A model generated the notes under the pieces. The model worked only from the letters and a program-made list of their open reading frames with translations, searched no databases and had not been told where the DNA came from. DNA of 63,420 nucleotides, counting the filler, from Pelomyxa schiedti (taxonomy: Eukaryota; Protista; Evosea), in assembly GCA_020536535.1 (NCBI GenBank). It is 9 parts of 9 records of this genome, joined end to end, with 100 filler letters (N's around TTAATTAATTAA, not from the genome) between each part and the next. Parts side by side here need not be neighbours in the genome. Positions count along the whole stretch, not along the records: positions 13,768 to 38,713 come from JAHLWZ010001051.1; 8 more parts are not named here. The stretch is one strand, 5' to 3'. Every line of letters starts with the position of its first letter. Position 1 is the first letter of the stretch. The position numbers and the translations under genes were made by a program. Of the stretch, positions 25,103 through 38,000 are shown piece after piece.

Positions 25103-25575
25103 GACACAATGAGAAAAGGTTTACAAAAAAAAAGACACCGGTCGCACGACGTTACGTTACGTAAGTGACGTTACGGCAGCGAGGCCAACATTGTAAAAAA
25201 AAAAAACAAAATAAATACACCGCACAAGAGAACACGTGCACCACAAAACCGCGTCGCACCATACCACGTAGATCTGGCACATACCCTCATCAAACGAACT
25301 TGCGAGTTCATCTTCGAAATGGCAGACGCGGGGTGTTGCGACTTTTGTTCTTTTTGATCTAGACAACAACCAAATTATTGTGAACCGTCTTAAAAAGAAA
25401 GGTGCAATTGCCCCAATTGTTTTCTTTTCTAAAACACCTTTTTCTATTTCTAAAGACCTCAAGTTCGTACAACTAAACGAAAGAGAAAAGAACAAAAAAG
25501 AGTGTTGTTGTGGAGCATTTAGTTCATTCTCGAAACACACGCACACAAGTCAGGTCACATTGCTCTGGGATCCGC

Positions 25576-27081
25576 TCAAACCATACGCCTGATGAGCTTG
25601 TTGATGAGCTCCTCTCGGTTGCCACCATCACCACCCTCGGTGTAAAGGATGCTCTTGCGGCGGAAGCCTCCCTTGGGGTTTTTCAGCTTGAATGGAGCAA
25701 GGAACCTGTGAACCGGTTAGGATAAATTGTCATGGTGAAGCGGAATGTTGGCGAGTCGTAGATAGACGTTCGAGGGTTAGGGGGGGATTCTTATACTTGT
25801 TGGCGGAAGTGAAGTGCTTGCCAACGGTGTAAATCTCGTGAATGAGGTCCTCCATACAGATAATGTCGTGCTTGCCGAGGTGGGCAGAAATCATTTTGTT
25901 ATCGGTGATGCGTTGTCTCTGGCGGTGAATTCGGCAATAGCCGCGCTTGTACATCAAGGTTCGTACAGCAGACAAGTTGGGATATCTGAAAATGTTCGGA
26001 TAAGGACAACGGGATAATAGGCCAACCGCATACCCAAATGCAACGTAGGGCTGAACGAGTTGGAGCATCTGAAGTGTGGCCTTGTTGACACGGACGAAAG
26101 AGGCATTGTTAATCTGCTTGAGTCGGAGAAGTTTCAGGATCTTGCGGGTTCGGGGGGTGAGACCGCAAATACTACAAGAGATTAGAAAAAAGCCATGAAA
26201 CAATTGTGGAGGCGGGACAACCTACCCCTTCAGGCGAATCACAAAGATGAGCCTGGCATCGGGCTCGCGGAAGAAGTTACCACTGAGCTTGGCGTCTCGT
26301 CTTTTCTGTATAAGAGACCTGCGCAACTGTTAGCATATAAAACTGCTCTGCTTTTGAGAAAACAAACCGCTCTCGTGCTTTGTATTCCTTGGCCCACTTG
26401 GCAGCCCTTCCAACGAGTTTCTTTTCGGTTTCAGCCTGTTTCTGTAAAAATGTTAGACAAGAAGTCAATGAAGAATTAAAAAAAGCCTTACCTGAACTTT
26501 GGTCTTTTTGGCGGCCCTGGTTTTTGCGAGTCTTTCAATTCGAGCCTTGACGATCTTTTTGATGCTCTCTGGCATGGGGACAACGCTTTAATGCGAACGT
26601 CAGACAGTAGAAGGGGGAAAAAAAGGAAAACTTACTCGGCTTTCTTCTTGTCGGCGGGCTTTGCCTCTGTAGCAGGGGCAGCGGCAGCGTCCTTGTTCTC
26701 AGTAGCAGGAGCTGCAACCTTGGCCACCTTCTTGGCAATCTTTTTGTGTTTGCGAGTTGGAGCAGGAGCCTTCTTCTTCTCCACAACTGGCTTCTTCTCC
26801 TTCTTCTTCGCCTCTCCCTCCTTCTCCTTCTTCTCCTTGGGGAGTCTCTGTTTTTTGGTTGGCATCCTCTTCTTGTCCTTCTTTTCGGCGGTCGTTGTGG
26901 TCGTTGTTGCGGTCGCTGGTGCGGGTGTTGCGACGGGAGCGGCTGCGGGTGCCTCGTCCTTCACCGCCGTCGGTTTCTTCTCAGCGGGCGCTTTTTTCTC
27001 CGCTGGTTTTTTCGCGGCCGGCTTCGCTTTTTGTTGCTGAGGCTTCTCGGTCGTCGCTTCCTTCATCGGTGTGTCGGCCAT
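25576..27081 (-). CDS. RPL7: 60S ribosomal protein L7 (uL30) with ~150-aa Lys/Ala/Pro-rich N-terminal extension
   Basis: Core motifs: [83 protein letters not shown]. Confidence 0.93.
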
Positions 27082-27474
27082 GTTTGTTTGGTGCAAATAA
27101 CAAAATGGGGTGTGGTTCGGCTGTTGACGTAGATCTACGCACGCACGCTCGCGTGTCTCCGGGATGTGTTGCCAAAGAAAAAGGGAAAAAAATTCCTGTC
27201 TGTTATTTTTTTCCTTCGGCCAATTACTGAACGTCATTTCTCAGTTTTCAGTTGCGTTAGAACTCGTTCCATCGTAATTTCTAATTCGTGGGAGGTTCTC
27301 TGATTCTCTTGCCGGTACCCCCTTCTCTTGCCAGAGTGTATTTCACACTACCTCTCCAGTTGTGTCTTCCTGCCTCTGAGAGTTCCGGAACCAATCTGAT
27401 CGTTTTCCAAAAGAAAAAAAACAAGTAAAAAAGAAAAAACCACCCGAGGTGATAGGGCATTGATAACGACAAAA

Positions 27475-28729
27475 ATGAGCAAAGGCGATCTAGCCGAGTC
27501 TACGTTGGCAATTCGTGCATTCGTGCAAAAAGTGTCCGCGGTATCACTGTCTGACCCTCACTTCCAAGGTCCGTTGGCTGGTTTTTTTTTTCCCCCCTCT
27601 CCCTCTCATGGTGATGACTTTTTTTGGTGTAGCCAAAATCACACAAGTTGCTGAGGAAGCTATGGACTTCCCTCTTTTGTTTGTTTTTGCTGAACTTCTT
27701 GATATGCCTCAAATAAAAAATGTGCGTAAGAGGGAGACAGCAACTTGTTAAAATCCAACAGGCTCCTGCCTCTGTTCAAGAAAAAATCAAGCTGTTTGCA
27801 TACAGGACATTCCGGGACTACAAGGGTACCAGACACACTGTATTTCTTTTCTAACTTGTAACTTGATGAAGCTGAATCAGCAAAGTACGGCCCTTTGACA
27901 GTGAACCAGATAAATAAGTTGAGACAACTTACCATTATATCCTTGTCTGAAAAAAGCCGAGTATGTAAAGGGACAGAGTGTATCAAAACTTAGTATTCTA
28001 GATTATTCCCTACACTCTACTCCTGCACGAGCTTGACGTACCGGATGTGCGCCAACTTGAAGATCTTGTAATGACTAGTATCTACCAGGGCATTATTTCT
28101 GCCAAAATGGACCAAGCCGCCGCACACTTGGAGGTGCATTCTGCAATTGGTAGAGACATCCTCCCAGGCCCAAGTGGTGCCCCTGATCTTTCCGCCATCC
28201 GTGCAACCCTTGCTCACTGGTAAGGCAAAATACATTTTAGTAAATTTAAACTATTCATCCAGGGTAGAAACATCTGATAAACTGCTGGCAACAATTGATG
28301 AGCGTGTTAACTTCACTTCAGTCGCTGCTACTGACAGTAGAAATAGAAGCGAAGATTTTGAAACCAAGTAAGCCTCACATCAAACAACCATATGGTAACA
28401 CTCACAAAAAACCAACCTAGACTGAAAACAGCCAAGGAAACCGTTAAAGTTGCCATTGATGCTGGTGCCATGAGTGCCGGGCCCATGGGTGGTGCCCAGC
28501 GCATGATGATGATGGGAAGCGGAATGGAAGACTTTGTAGGTCCCGATATGTTTGATAAGCGGTATGTTCTTTCCACATAAATAAATGCTCCCACCTCTAC
28601 ATAAATACACCCGTACAACAAACACAACAAAAGCGTGGATATCTAACTATATCACAAACTAAAGCATTAACCATCTGCAACAACAGACACAAATACCCTA
28701 AGCATGGTGGTAGCCGTCACCGTTTCTAA
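27475..28729 (+). CDS. COPS7: COP9 signalosome subunit 7 (PCI domain)
   Basis: LFVFAELLDMPQI..KLFAYRTFRDY..QINKLRQLTIISLSE..IIPYTLLLHELDVPDVRQLEDLVMTSIYQGIISAKMDQ..GRD matches the CSN7 pattern. The last-exon choice (stop at 28727-28729) is by eye. eIF3m is the less likely alternative. Confidence 0.85.
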
Positions 28730-28815
28730 GTCACCATTGGTGTCACATCACAAGTGAACAGGACCATCATTTTTCAAAAAAAACACCCAAGGTAAAGAAT
28801 AACGAAAGAAAAATT

Positions 28816-31800
28816 TCACAACTGCAGTTTATTTCCTTTACGTGAGAGCTCTACAGTGGCTGTTATTTCTTTGACCTTGTGACTATGAGGAGTTTGTGTT
28901 TCCGGGTGGTTGTTGTCTTCTTGAAGCGATGTTGGAGTGCAGAGTGTGGAGTGTGGTTTGTTGCTGTGGTGTGAGTGCGGTGTAGGCCTGCTGTGCGACG
29001 CGGAGAATGACCGGGTCCTGTATGATCCTCTGGAAGAAATCCTCGATGTACTCCTGGGTTTTATGTCAGTGGATATGGGATACGGGGGAGCATTTCCTAC
29101 CTTGATGTCCAAATCGAGCAGCGTTTCATCTTGTATGTAATCCGCGTCCTCCTCTGTGGGTTCCGGCTGGTCCAATTCATCACCGTCGACAAGGTGCACA
29201 TAATCGGCTAGTGGAGCAAATGTAGGAGCAGTGGAATCTTGTGCATCTGTCGTTGAAGTGGCTTCTCCTTCGGAATCCCCATCGGAATCACTGTTCTGGG
29301 TAGTATGAGGCAAGTGTAACGTGAGTTATAAAGGAGGGTACCAAAACAACAGGGTTCTTGATCTCTTTGTAGTACTCATTGAGAAAGATTCCAAAAATGT
29401 CCTGCACAAGCGGGAGTGTCTTGCCTAAATTGCATGGGCGAAAATTGTAAGAAAACAATAAATACAGAAGGTTCTACCTGTGCTTGCGTCAACATAGTGA
29501 TTTTGAGCAAACAACCCTAAAAAGAACTTGCACAATCCAACAAGACTAATCTTGAGATTAGAGTAATATGAGATAAGATTGCGTTTACCTCTCCAATCGC
29601 ATGTGTTCACCCCTATTTGCAAAGAGCTTGTGGAACTTAGCCCATTTTGTACCAATAAGATCTACAATGCCCTCAGCAAGAAAAAAGGTCATAGTTTCGT
29701 TTGTGTTTATGTGAAGAAGTCTTATCGGCACAATCAGGATGGACTAAACTTAGTTTTATATGTTGTAGACGTGAGTCCCTTTCTAATTCACGGAGTGAAG
29801 ATGAAAACCAGATTTCCAGAAACAGTCTGAACACTAGTAAGTTTGGAGATCACGCCCTTTACAATATTGAGGGTTGAACTTGCTAATTGTCCTGGAAACT
29901 GTCTCTAATTAGGAAAAAAAACAATATTTTGGGAGTGAACCTTCTTCAAGATACTTGTAAGTATTAAAGCACAACCAGCTGCACCGTAATCCCCGCACTC
30001 ATCATCTGCCAATAAATGTAACATTAGCTGCTCTATCTGCTGCATGGTTCCAGGTCTAAAGGAAATTGGGTGTTTTTTTTTAATTTCCATGAACGAAAAA
30101 AGAGCACACATTTCAGCAAGTGAAGGCCCATAACAATGAACACACGCACTGATAACTGTTGCCCCACTTTCGACTATCTTGTTGTAAATTAACAGTAGCC
30201 TGGGATTGTTAAACAATACCTCGCAGTCCTCGGTTACTGTTAGAAGGCCTACAACCTGGTTGAACAAAGAGTGGAGACAACCTGGTATAAGCGAAATGGA
30301 GATAGATGCAGTCGGCCCTGCCACCACCTTAGTTGCGGCAAATGGGGTAGATTTGTTGATTATGTGAGTGAGAGTCCCAAGCGTGGGTGGTATAAGGTTG
30401 CTGTTTTCATCTGGCTTGCTCAACAGAACGGTGAATACTGGTGAGATTCTCTCCTGCGAAGTATTAGGATCAGTAAGGTCACATCGGCTATCACCATAAG
30501 TCCAGGAAGGCAATTGGGAGCTTGTTTGATGATCGTATTGAGAATGGCAGGGATCTCTGACGATGCAACAAAATCCGAGGCATGTTGAACCCATATCTGC
30601 AAAAGTGGTGGTGTGATAAAGGGCTCAAATTTTAATGTCTGCTCAGAGCTGACCTGTTGTAAATGGTGAACAGCAGAAAACTTGGGAGAAAAAAAAAGAT
30701 ATACCGACAGTGCTACGTCAAGTGCAGTGAGCAACAGAATTAGAACTTCATCACTGGCCCCAGGAAGGAGTGAAGAAATGCCGGCCAATGCTGATGAAAC
30801 ATAATTACAGGCCACTTTTTCATCCAAGTTCAAAAAAAGCCTACGGAGAGTCAGTAAGGGGATGCATTTTAGCGACACACCTCGTTGCAGCCTTGCAAGC
30901 CCCTATTTTGATTATTGGGTGTGATGTGTGAAGACTCCCAAAGAGTGTGCTCATCAGTCGCGTAACAAGTTCTACAGGTACATTGGATGCAAGCTCACTG
31001 CAGCACATCAAACCACGAAAGGCAACAAAATGATACTGAGGAACGTTTGTCCCTAAAGGATATATGTTATGTTTGTTTGTTTCCGAGAAAAAAAAAACCT
31101 CCGAAAGTGCAATCTTCATTTATCAACAGCGTCATGAGATCGGTGGAATTGACAGAATCCTCATGCTTGGACATGACTATGGATAAAACCTCTTCTAGGA
31201 TACGAAGAGAGGCCTCTCTCAAAGACCACCTTACCTAATGTGAGTGATGTACCAGCACTGAAAGAGTACCATTGCGGGTTGTTTGCCTGCTTCATTTGGT
31301 TAGCCTGCGACAGTTTAGCCCAGCATGAATTTAAAACTGCAATAGCACCTTTTCTTCCATAACGCTTCGTAATTGCCTTTAGGATCAGGTGAGTATAGTT
31401 TGGTGGTTGTTAGACTTACTAAAGAAATCATAGCACAAGATGCTCTCTGATTAAAGCAAAGCTCATTTTCGATATCACATTGAACAAAAGCATTTAAATC
31501 GGCAAGCCACTCTTCTACCTACAACAATTGAATACAATGAAACAAAGGTCTAACAAACCTGTTGGTGGGTGATCTGTGCGCAAGCAATGATAGATGCCAT
31601 GATTTCTTCCAAATGGTTTGTTAAATGAGGTCTCAGAAACTGTTTGAGAGTAAATGTTGGAACCAGTTGTGTATACAAACCTTCGTGTTTATAAATTCAA
31701 GTAAACACAGGATCAGAGCATTAACACATTGTGGGTGAGTGTGCATTTCGCCATCATCTGTCGCGGCTTCATCATGGGGAATTTCTTCGTTCTGCAGTAC

Positions 31801-33133
31801 CGCGTTTTTCTCGTACCTGCAGCCGCAAACTTTAGTGGGCAACATGATGAAATCAAAAAAGACATACATACAAAGGTGTGTAGTCTCGGAGCATTTGTAG
31901 TATGACTGGAATGAGCCGTATAAAAAGTGGTTTCTGGTTTCGGTTGCAGTGCGGCAATATAGTTCCAATCACCTTTCGCAGTAAGTTTTTCACAAAAAGA
32001 GGAATTCTCATAGAATTCCTACATTCAACGTTACTATTCGAAGAGGAATGTCAATAAACTGAGGGTGAATTGGAGATTGCAATACACCAGTAAAGGCATC
32101 CAGCCATAATGATAGAGTATTTGAAAACAGTACGGTGGGAGTTTCATGTTCCTGCAAAGAATTAAACAGTAATCGTTGATGCAAAGATTGTGCTCACTGA
32201 GAATGAAGACCATTCTAAAAAGTTGTGTAGGATAGAAACTATTTGCAGTTTGAAAGTACAGTTGCACTGTTAAGAGGGAAACAAAGTCAAGAAAAACGAA
32301 AAGAGAGAAGACTTATCACACATCGGGAAGGCAGAAAACGCGCAATAATTCTGGAACAACTGTGGATATGATGAGAGGAACGGTTTCGTCGTCAATAAGT
32401 TTATCGGACAGCAGGAATTGTAAACATCTATTGGGTTTTTGTACACCTAACTAGGAGTTTCGAGATGTACCTCAGAGAACCATGGACCAAGTCAGGGTTG
32501 TGAAAGGAGAGGCACTGAGACAAACTGGGGATGAGGTCAGGCCATTGTTTTGGCCAATCCCAATATGCTATCGTTGAAATGACCATTGCCTAGTAGTTGC
32601 AAGGATAGGTAACAATGCTCATTGGCCTTCAAGTTCAACATACTGCTGCAGTTCGAATTTTCGATTGTGGATCCGCCAAGGCCCGAGGAATCATCTGTTT
32701 GATAAGAGCCTTTTCCTCATCTTGTAATTGTGGGTCCCTGAAATCTTTTGATAGTGAAGACCAATGATGCTTGACAAAGTTCTTCAGTAAAATCCCAGCA
32801 AGCTATCAGATGAAAGTACGGATCAATAAGTGGTCCATCATGAAGTGAATTTGTTTAAAAAAAAGAGGTACCTGGCGAATATGAGCCTGCTCATTGGGAT
32901 CAATCGTTATGGCGCAGAGCTCGTGTGCGTAGCCTGAACAGGAATGTGAAAAAAGTAAACCCCCCAAAAAAAGGTGAAGTGAACAAACCAGGAAGAGACA
33001 CCAAGGCCAGCTCACTTTCAACATCAGCACCCCGCACAAGCGATTCGCCAAGTATCACCCTCAATCGCTGTCCCCTCGTCGCCACGTCATTCCACCACAC
33101 ACACATCGGCCTCTCCGTAACTACGTTGCTCAT
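28816..33133 (-). CDS. IPO9: Importin-9 (importin-beta family HEAT repeats), many exons
   Basis: The IBN-N region reads HIRQ|LAGILLKNFVKHHWSS..FRDPQL..EKALIKQMIPRALADPQSKIRTAA..IAYWDWPKQWPDL, which resembles importin-9. An acidic C-terminal loop reads EEDADYIQDETLLDLDIK. Both ends are approximate. Confidence 0.8.
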
Positions 33134-33289
33134 TGCGGATCTACGTCACCCCCACGGTGCGGCACAAGCGTGAACGCGCTACGCAATTAAAAACAAATGA
33201 AACGAGAAAACCGGAATCTCGTGTCAAATTGGGGCAAAAAAGCACAAGCTTCCCAAGACGAAATAACTAGAGACAACAGTCATTGAAGT

Positions 33290-34923
33290 GCAGGGGAATG
33301 GTGTCAGATTGGTGTCGCCCAAGGGAGCAACTTTCTATTCACCCATTTCATCTGGTGGCTGTGACTGCCCAAATCTGTTCCTGACGAACAAAATCTGATC
33401 GGGGGTGGTAGCGAGCTGCTGGAGCTTCTGCACAAGAGAGTTGGTGAAGAGCGGCTTGTATTTGTTGGGTGTTTGCTGGTCTGGATGCAGTCCAGTGCCT
33501 GTTGTGTGTTTGTATGGGGAAAGTGCATGTTGGGTTGGAATTACTTTGAAAATTGCTGTGACTAGCTTGGAATTATCTTTAGTTAGGAGATGTTCAAAGA
33601 TAGTGATAACGCCACGTGATACAACATAGCTGGTAAGGAAGCTTTACAAAAGCTTTTTCCCGATACCCGAAGTAGTTTTGCATGTTGTTGTACTATTTTT
33701 GCATCGAAGATGTACTTGTTCAATGTCGGAGTTGTATCGGTGATGTAACTCAATCCCCTTTTAGTATAAAACCTCAGAAAAATTATCAGGGGTTCAGGTC
33801 ATACGAGCAAACATCAGCATCTGACTCATGGTAGAAAAAATATTTATCGAACCACCTGTTCAGAGTGTGAGGTTGATTTGATGATAGGGGTCATACTGGG
33901 AATGAAGTATGTAGGGTTGGGACCGGGTTTTCCTTGGCACAAGTTTGAGAGAGTCCATGCCTTTTTGGAGGGGCTGTTAACAACACTCACAATATTGAAG
34001 GAGGAGATACAGCGTTTCGGAGTAATGAACTTCAGAAGGCATTGTTCTAGAAATGAGTGCGAGGATCAAAGGGATGGCATGCAGTGAAAGTATGAGATCA
34101 CGATTCGCAGTGGAGTCACCGGCAATGTTTCCAAGCCCCCAAATAGCCTATGAAAGAGGGAGGAAAAAAAAAAGGGAAAAGGGTGCAGTTGGAACCAATA
34201 GTTGGAAATAAGACAAAGAAAAACCTGTTCACACAACTCAAGATCATGGGATGCAAGCAGTGACAATAAGGCACTAACACCACCATTTTTGATCACTTCC
34301 TCGGTTTCAGCAGTTGTTCCACTGGAAACTGTCAGAGTTGTGAGGTCATCAGAGAATAAGAAGGATAAGGGTCACCGTTGGTGATTGCCCATGCTGCCTC
34401 GTATTGGAGTTTTGGGTAATCCGACTGTGGTCCACAGAAATCATTTGAGGATAAAAAGTGATGAGAAAAGAGTAGCACACCATCCCCATGAACTGGATCA
34501 GCCGAGGAATCACCCCACTGTTCACAACAATCCCTATTGGCGGGTTTCCCTCTGTTCACATCATCATCATTCAATCAAGGAAATCAGAACAAAAGAAAAA
34601 CGAAAGACAAAACAAACAAACCGTTGACACGCACCAGCAGACAGCAGCTTCCTGAGGTCGGCGGTGGCGGCGAGCACGTCGCCCCCCAGGTCGCTGCCCT
34701 CCAGGCACCGCCGCGCCAGCACCCCCCACAGCCCCTGTCCTCGGGTCCCCCACCACGCCCTCCTCGTTGCGCCTGCTGCTGTTGTTGTTCCCGGTCGTTG
34801 GGGCCTCCTCTGGTTGGTCCCAACTGCGTTCCCTCCTTTGGCGCATTTTTCTGTGAGCGAAAAAAGACTGGCGGATCGTCCCTTGGTGGAAGATCCTCCG
34901 CCAGTTCGGGGTTGGTTCGCCAA
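33290..34923 (-). pseudogene. Importin-alpha-like ARM-repeat gene, truncated and apparently frameshifted
   Basis: Importin-alpha ARM motifs: ATADLRKLLS, NPPIGIVVNSGVIPRLIQF, YPKLQYEAAWAITN, EQ|AIWGLGNIAGDS, LRNA|AWTLSNLCQGKP. The frame breaks between ISRTMP and SLLRNA (~34030, TGA in the needed frame). Splice phases downstream do not reconcile, there is no clear IBB domain, and the later ARM repeats are absent. Confidence 0.6.
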
Positions 34924-35019
34924 ATTTTTTGGAGAAGAAAAAATGCAACCGATCGGATGAAGAATTCCGCATGTGAGGTGGCGGATGAGAACTTTTAATC
35001 ACTCAGGTGGCCTTGGGGG

Positions 35020-38000
35020 CTACGAACCAAGTACAAGCATGTTCTGTTCCTTGAGCCAGGTGCATGCCCTCACTGCTGAGTCCTTCTTGGCATCAGATCT
35101 GGAGGGATGTTGTACAGACACGAAGACGATTTCCTTGCCATTCACAGACAGACCCAGGTGGCACTGGCATGTCATTATTGGTGATGCCGTTGCTGTACCG
35201 GTACTGGTACTGGCAGTTGTTACATATACCGGCTTCGGTGGTGTTATTCTGCCCCTTGACGATGTAACGGTCCGGTTCAGCAAGTCCTCGGCGTTGTATT
35301 TGTCAATGACCACAGAGTCAGTGTGCAGTCTGTCGTGCCTTGTAGGTGAAAAGACTTGCTGTCCAAGCCTCTTCAGTGCCAGAACTGCGGCTTCGTTTTC
35401 GGCTTCTTCTGTTGTGGGATGTGGGCCACTTGTTACTGTAACCGGTCCTGAAGATAGTTCCACTGTCACTGAGGAACAAAACAGCGGAAGGTAACTAGGA
35501 GGCCTTGTATAGGGTGTGTCAGTGGGATATCATTGGATGGTTAGACAAACCTTATCCCCTTGGATTGGCAGAATTTCGTCAGCCGTATCTTAGGGTCCAA
35601 TGTAAGTTCCTCTGGTTCATTCGGTTCCGTTCGAGTGGGATCAAGTCCATTCTGAGTTCATTGAATTGGCAATATTCGGTAAATGTGGGCGTTTTTTGAC
35701 AAAACATACGAAAATTATCAAATCCCGTTTCATTAGGTCTTTCACTGCAGCTTCCAGTGCAAGTCTTTTGGCATCACTCTTTCTGATGGCCGCTGATGCG
35801 TAGTACGACAAATATTTCCTTAGGAGCATTCAGTACTTCTAAACAAGGAAGTTCATACCCAACCGTGATGACACATGTAAGGTCTTGAACAGTGATCTTT
35901 GGTTCTATTTCGAGAAGGTATGAACAGGTTTGCCGTAAATGCTAGAAAGTGTGGGTGTAGTATCAATCAGATTACTTTGACGAAAGGAGGAACCTGCTCG
36001 GAGTTTGTAAGAAGCTGCTCTTTCCGCTCCAGGGGATACTGCTTATTGAGATTGGCTGTTTGGTCCAAGATTGTCTGCCAGAAAGATTGTACATTGGAAG
36101 GCACAGTATTGCAATTGTCAATGCCGGTGGAGACAATTTTAACAGCGAGTTTCATTGCTTGCTCTTTTTGTTTCATCTTCTGCCATCGTCCGGCTTTTTA
36201 AGAATAAGTGGTTGTGTTGAGAAAACATATTTACCTTCCATCTGATGACATATTCCAATAAACCTTTAAAAAACCCGAGTTAATACGACTCAGGAAAGGT
36301 ACATTGTTTACCTACTACCCGCTTTTCTTGCCCTTCCTCGTGATTGCACGAAAGAAGCGGTGGAAGGTATTTTGTCGTATCTAATCACCAAGTTACAGTC
36401 AGGTACATCCAATCCTTCCTCAACAACAGATGTAGCAAGTAATCTGGTGTATATTACTGCCTGACTAAAAGCTTCTTATCCTACAAGCGAAAGGCCCCTT
36501 CTCGGAACTGTCTCAGTACATCCTCTTGAACAGTAGGGGACATCCCCTTTTCGGAACGCCCTGTGATTCCCTGTGGAAGGAGTGTGCGCCAAAAGATTTA
36601 GTTTATCTTTTACCTGCATCTGTATGCTCAGGTAAGCAAGTTCTTTTTGAATAAGAGTCACATTGAGTCGTGTGCCCACAAATAGAAGTATCTTGTGGCC
36701 TGTGGGAACCTAGGAAAGAAATGTCTGCTTTGGGTCGTTGTTTTAGTTGTGTACTAAAGATAGTATATCTCTCAGAGCATCCAATTTTGCAGATTGAGTG
36801 GGCAGCTGAATATTTGAATCAAGAAACAATGCCGAGCGAATTTCATTTTCAATTTGGAGGAAGAGCTGTGCATCATCAGGGAAATGTAAACTCCACTCGG
36901 GAAGTTTATCACGGATGAAGCTCCAACTGTGGTAGCGAATGAATGAAAGAAAAAAAACGAATTCAAGTACGCATGACTGCAGGAAACATCATCAACAATG
37001 GCACGGGCTTTGTAGAGTGTTCGAATTATTGCTAGTTCTGGTCTATCTAATCTTTGGGACTTCACCCAAGGATAGTAATCTTGGCAAGTTGAGTTCTGTG
37101 ACAAAAAGATCTTAGTACAAAATAATCTTCACTAGTACCTTTGACCAGCTCAGCCTGTTCAAACAATCATTGATGATTTTTTCAATTACCCTCAATAGAT
37201 TTGTTGATGGCTCATCCATGACAACTTCGTAGAGATCTTCCTAGAGAAACGTGACTGACAGTCAACGGGAGAAAAAAAAAACTTGAATTAGTTGACTAAA
37301 AGAGCTAGTATCTGCGGTGACAACAACAGCACGAAGATTTCCACACATGCGAAGAACCTGTACCAGGGTCTCACCTAAAGTATCACCTGAGGCCAGACTG
37401 GCAGTGAGACCTAGAATCTTTGACTGGTTAGGGAAAATGCAAGGATTGATGCTTCAACCATACATCAGGTGCAGGAAATCCATGATCGAATATATTGTGC
37501 CGTTCTCCCATGATTTCATTGAAAGGATGGTCTTTGGTTGTGTGATGGCATTCATCAAGGATCTATTTGTAGCCTGAGGTGTTAATGGACAAAAAAAAAA
37601 AAAGGAACCAGAAAAGGGTACAAGAAGGGAAACAGCTGATAGCAGTTGTGGATTCTTTTTCAGTTCGTTTTTAAGGCTTCCTGCAGTGATTACAACAACA
37701 TCAGTTGTACTGATAGTAAGATTCCAGCATTTAGAGGAAGTAGAACCCCCGTAGAGTGCTTCTACTCTTTTATTGACACAGTTAAGAGGAGAAGAAAGTA
37801 TCTACCTCATACCGCAAGTTACATTGTTCTGAGAACTGACTGGCCTGCTGCATTGACAGTGCCACATTCTGGCAAACAAATAAAACTTTCCCCAGTGAAC
37901 AACAGCCAAAATCAAGTGCAATAACAATTACTTTTTTTCAAAGGGTGTCTTTTGTGGTGCCACTGAGCCAGCCTTATTGCAATGAGAGTCTTTCCAGTAT

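Noticed and set aside
13940-28729. Apparent ubiquitin-system cluster (F-box-DOCK, orphan adaptor-like gene, Ubc13, CSN7) and adjacent importins
   Set aside because: The genes have mixed orientation, are interleaved with unrelated genes (CFAP418, RPL7), and belong to abundant functional classes. There is no evidence beyond chance in a gene-dense eukaryote.
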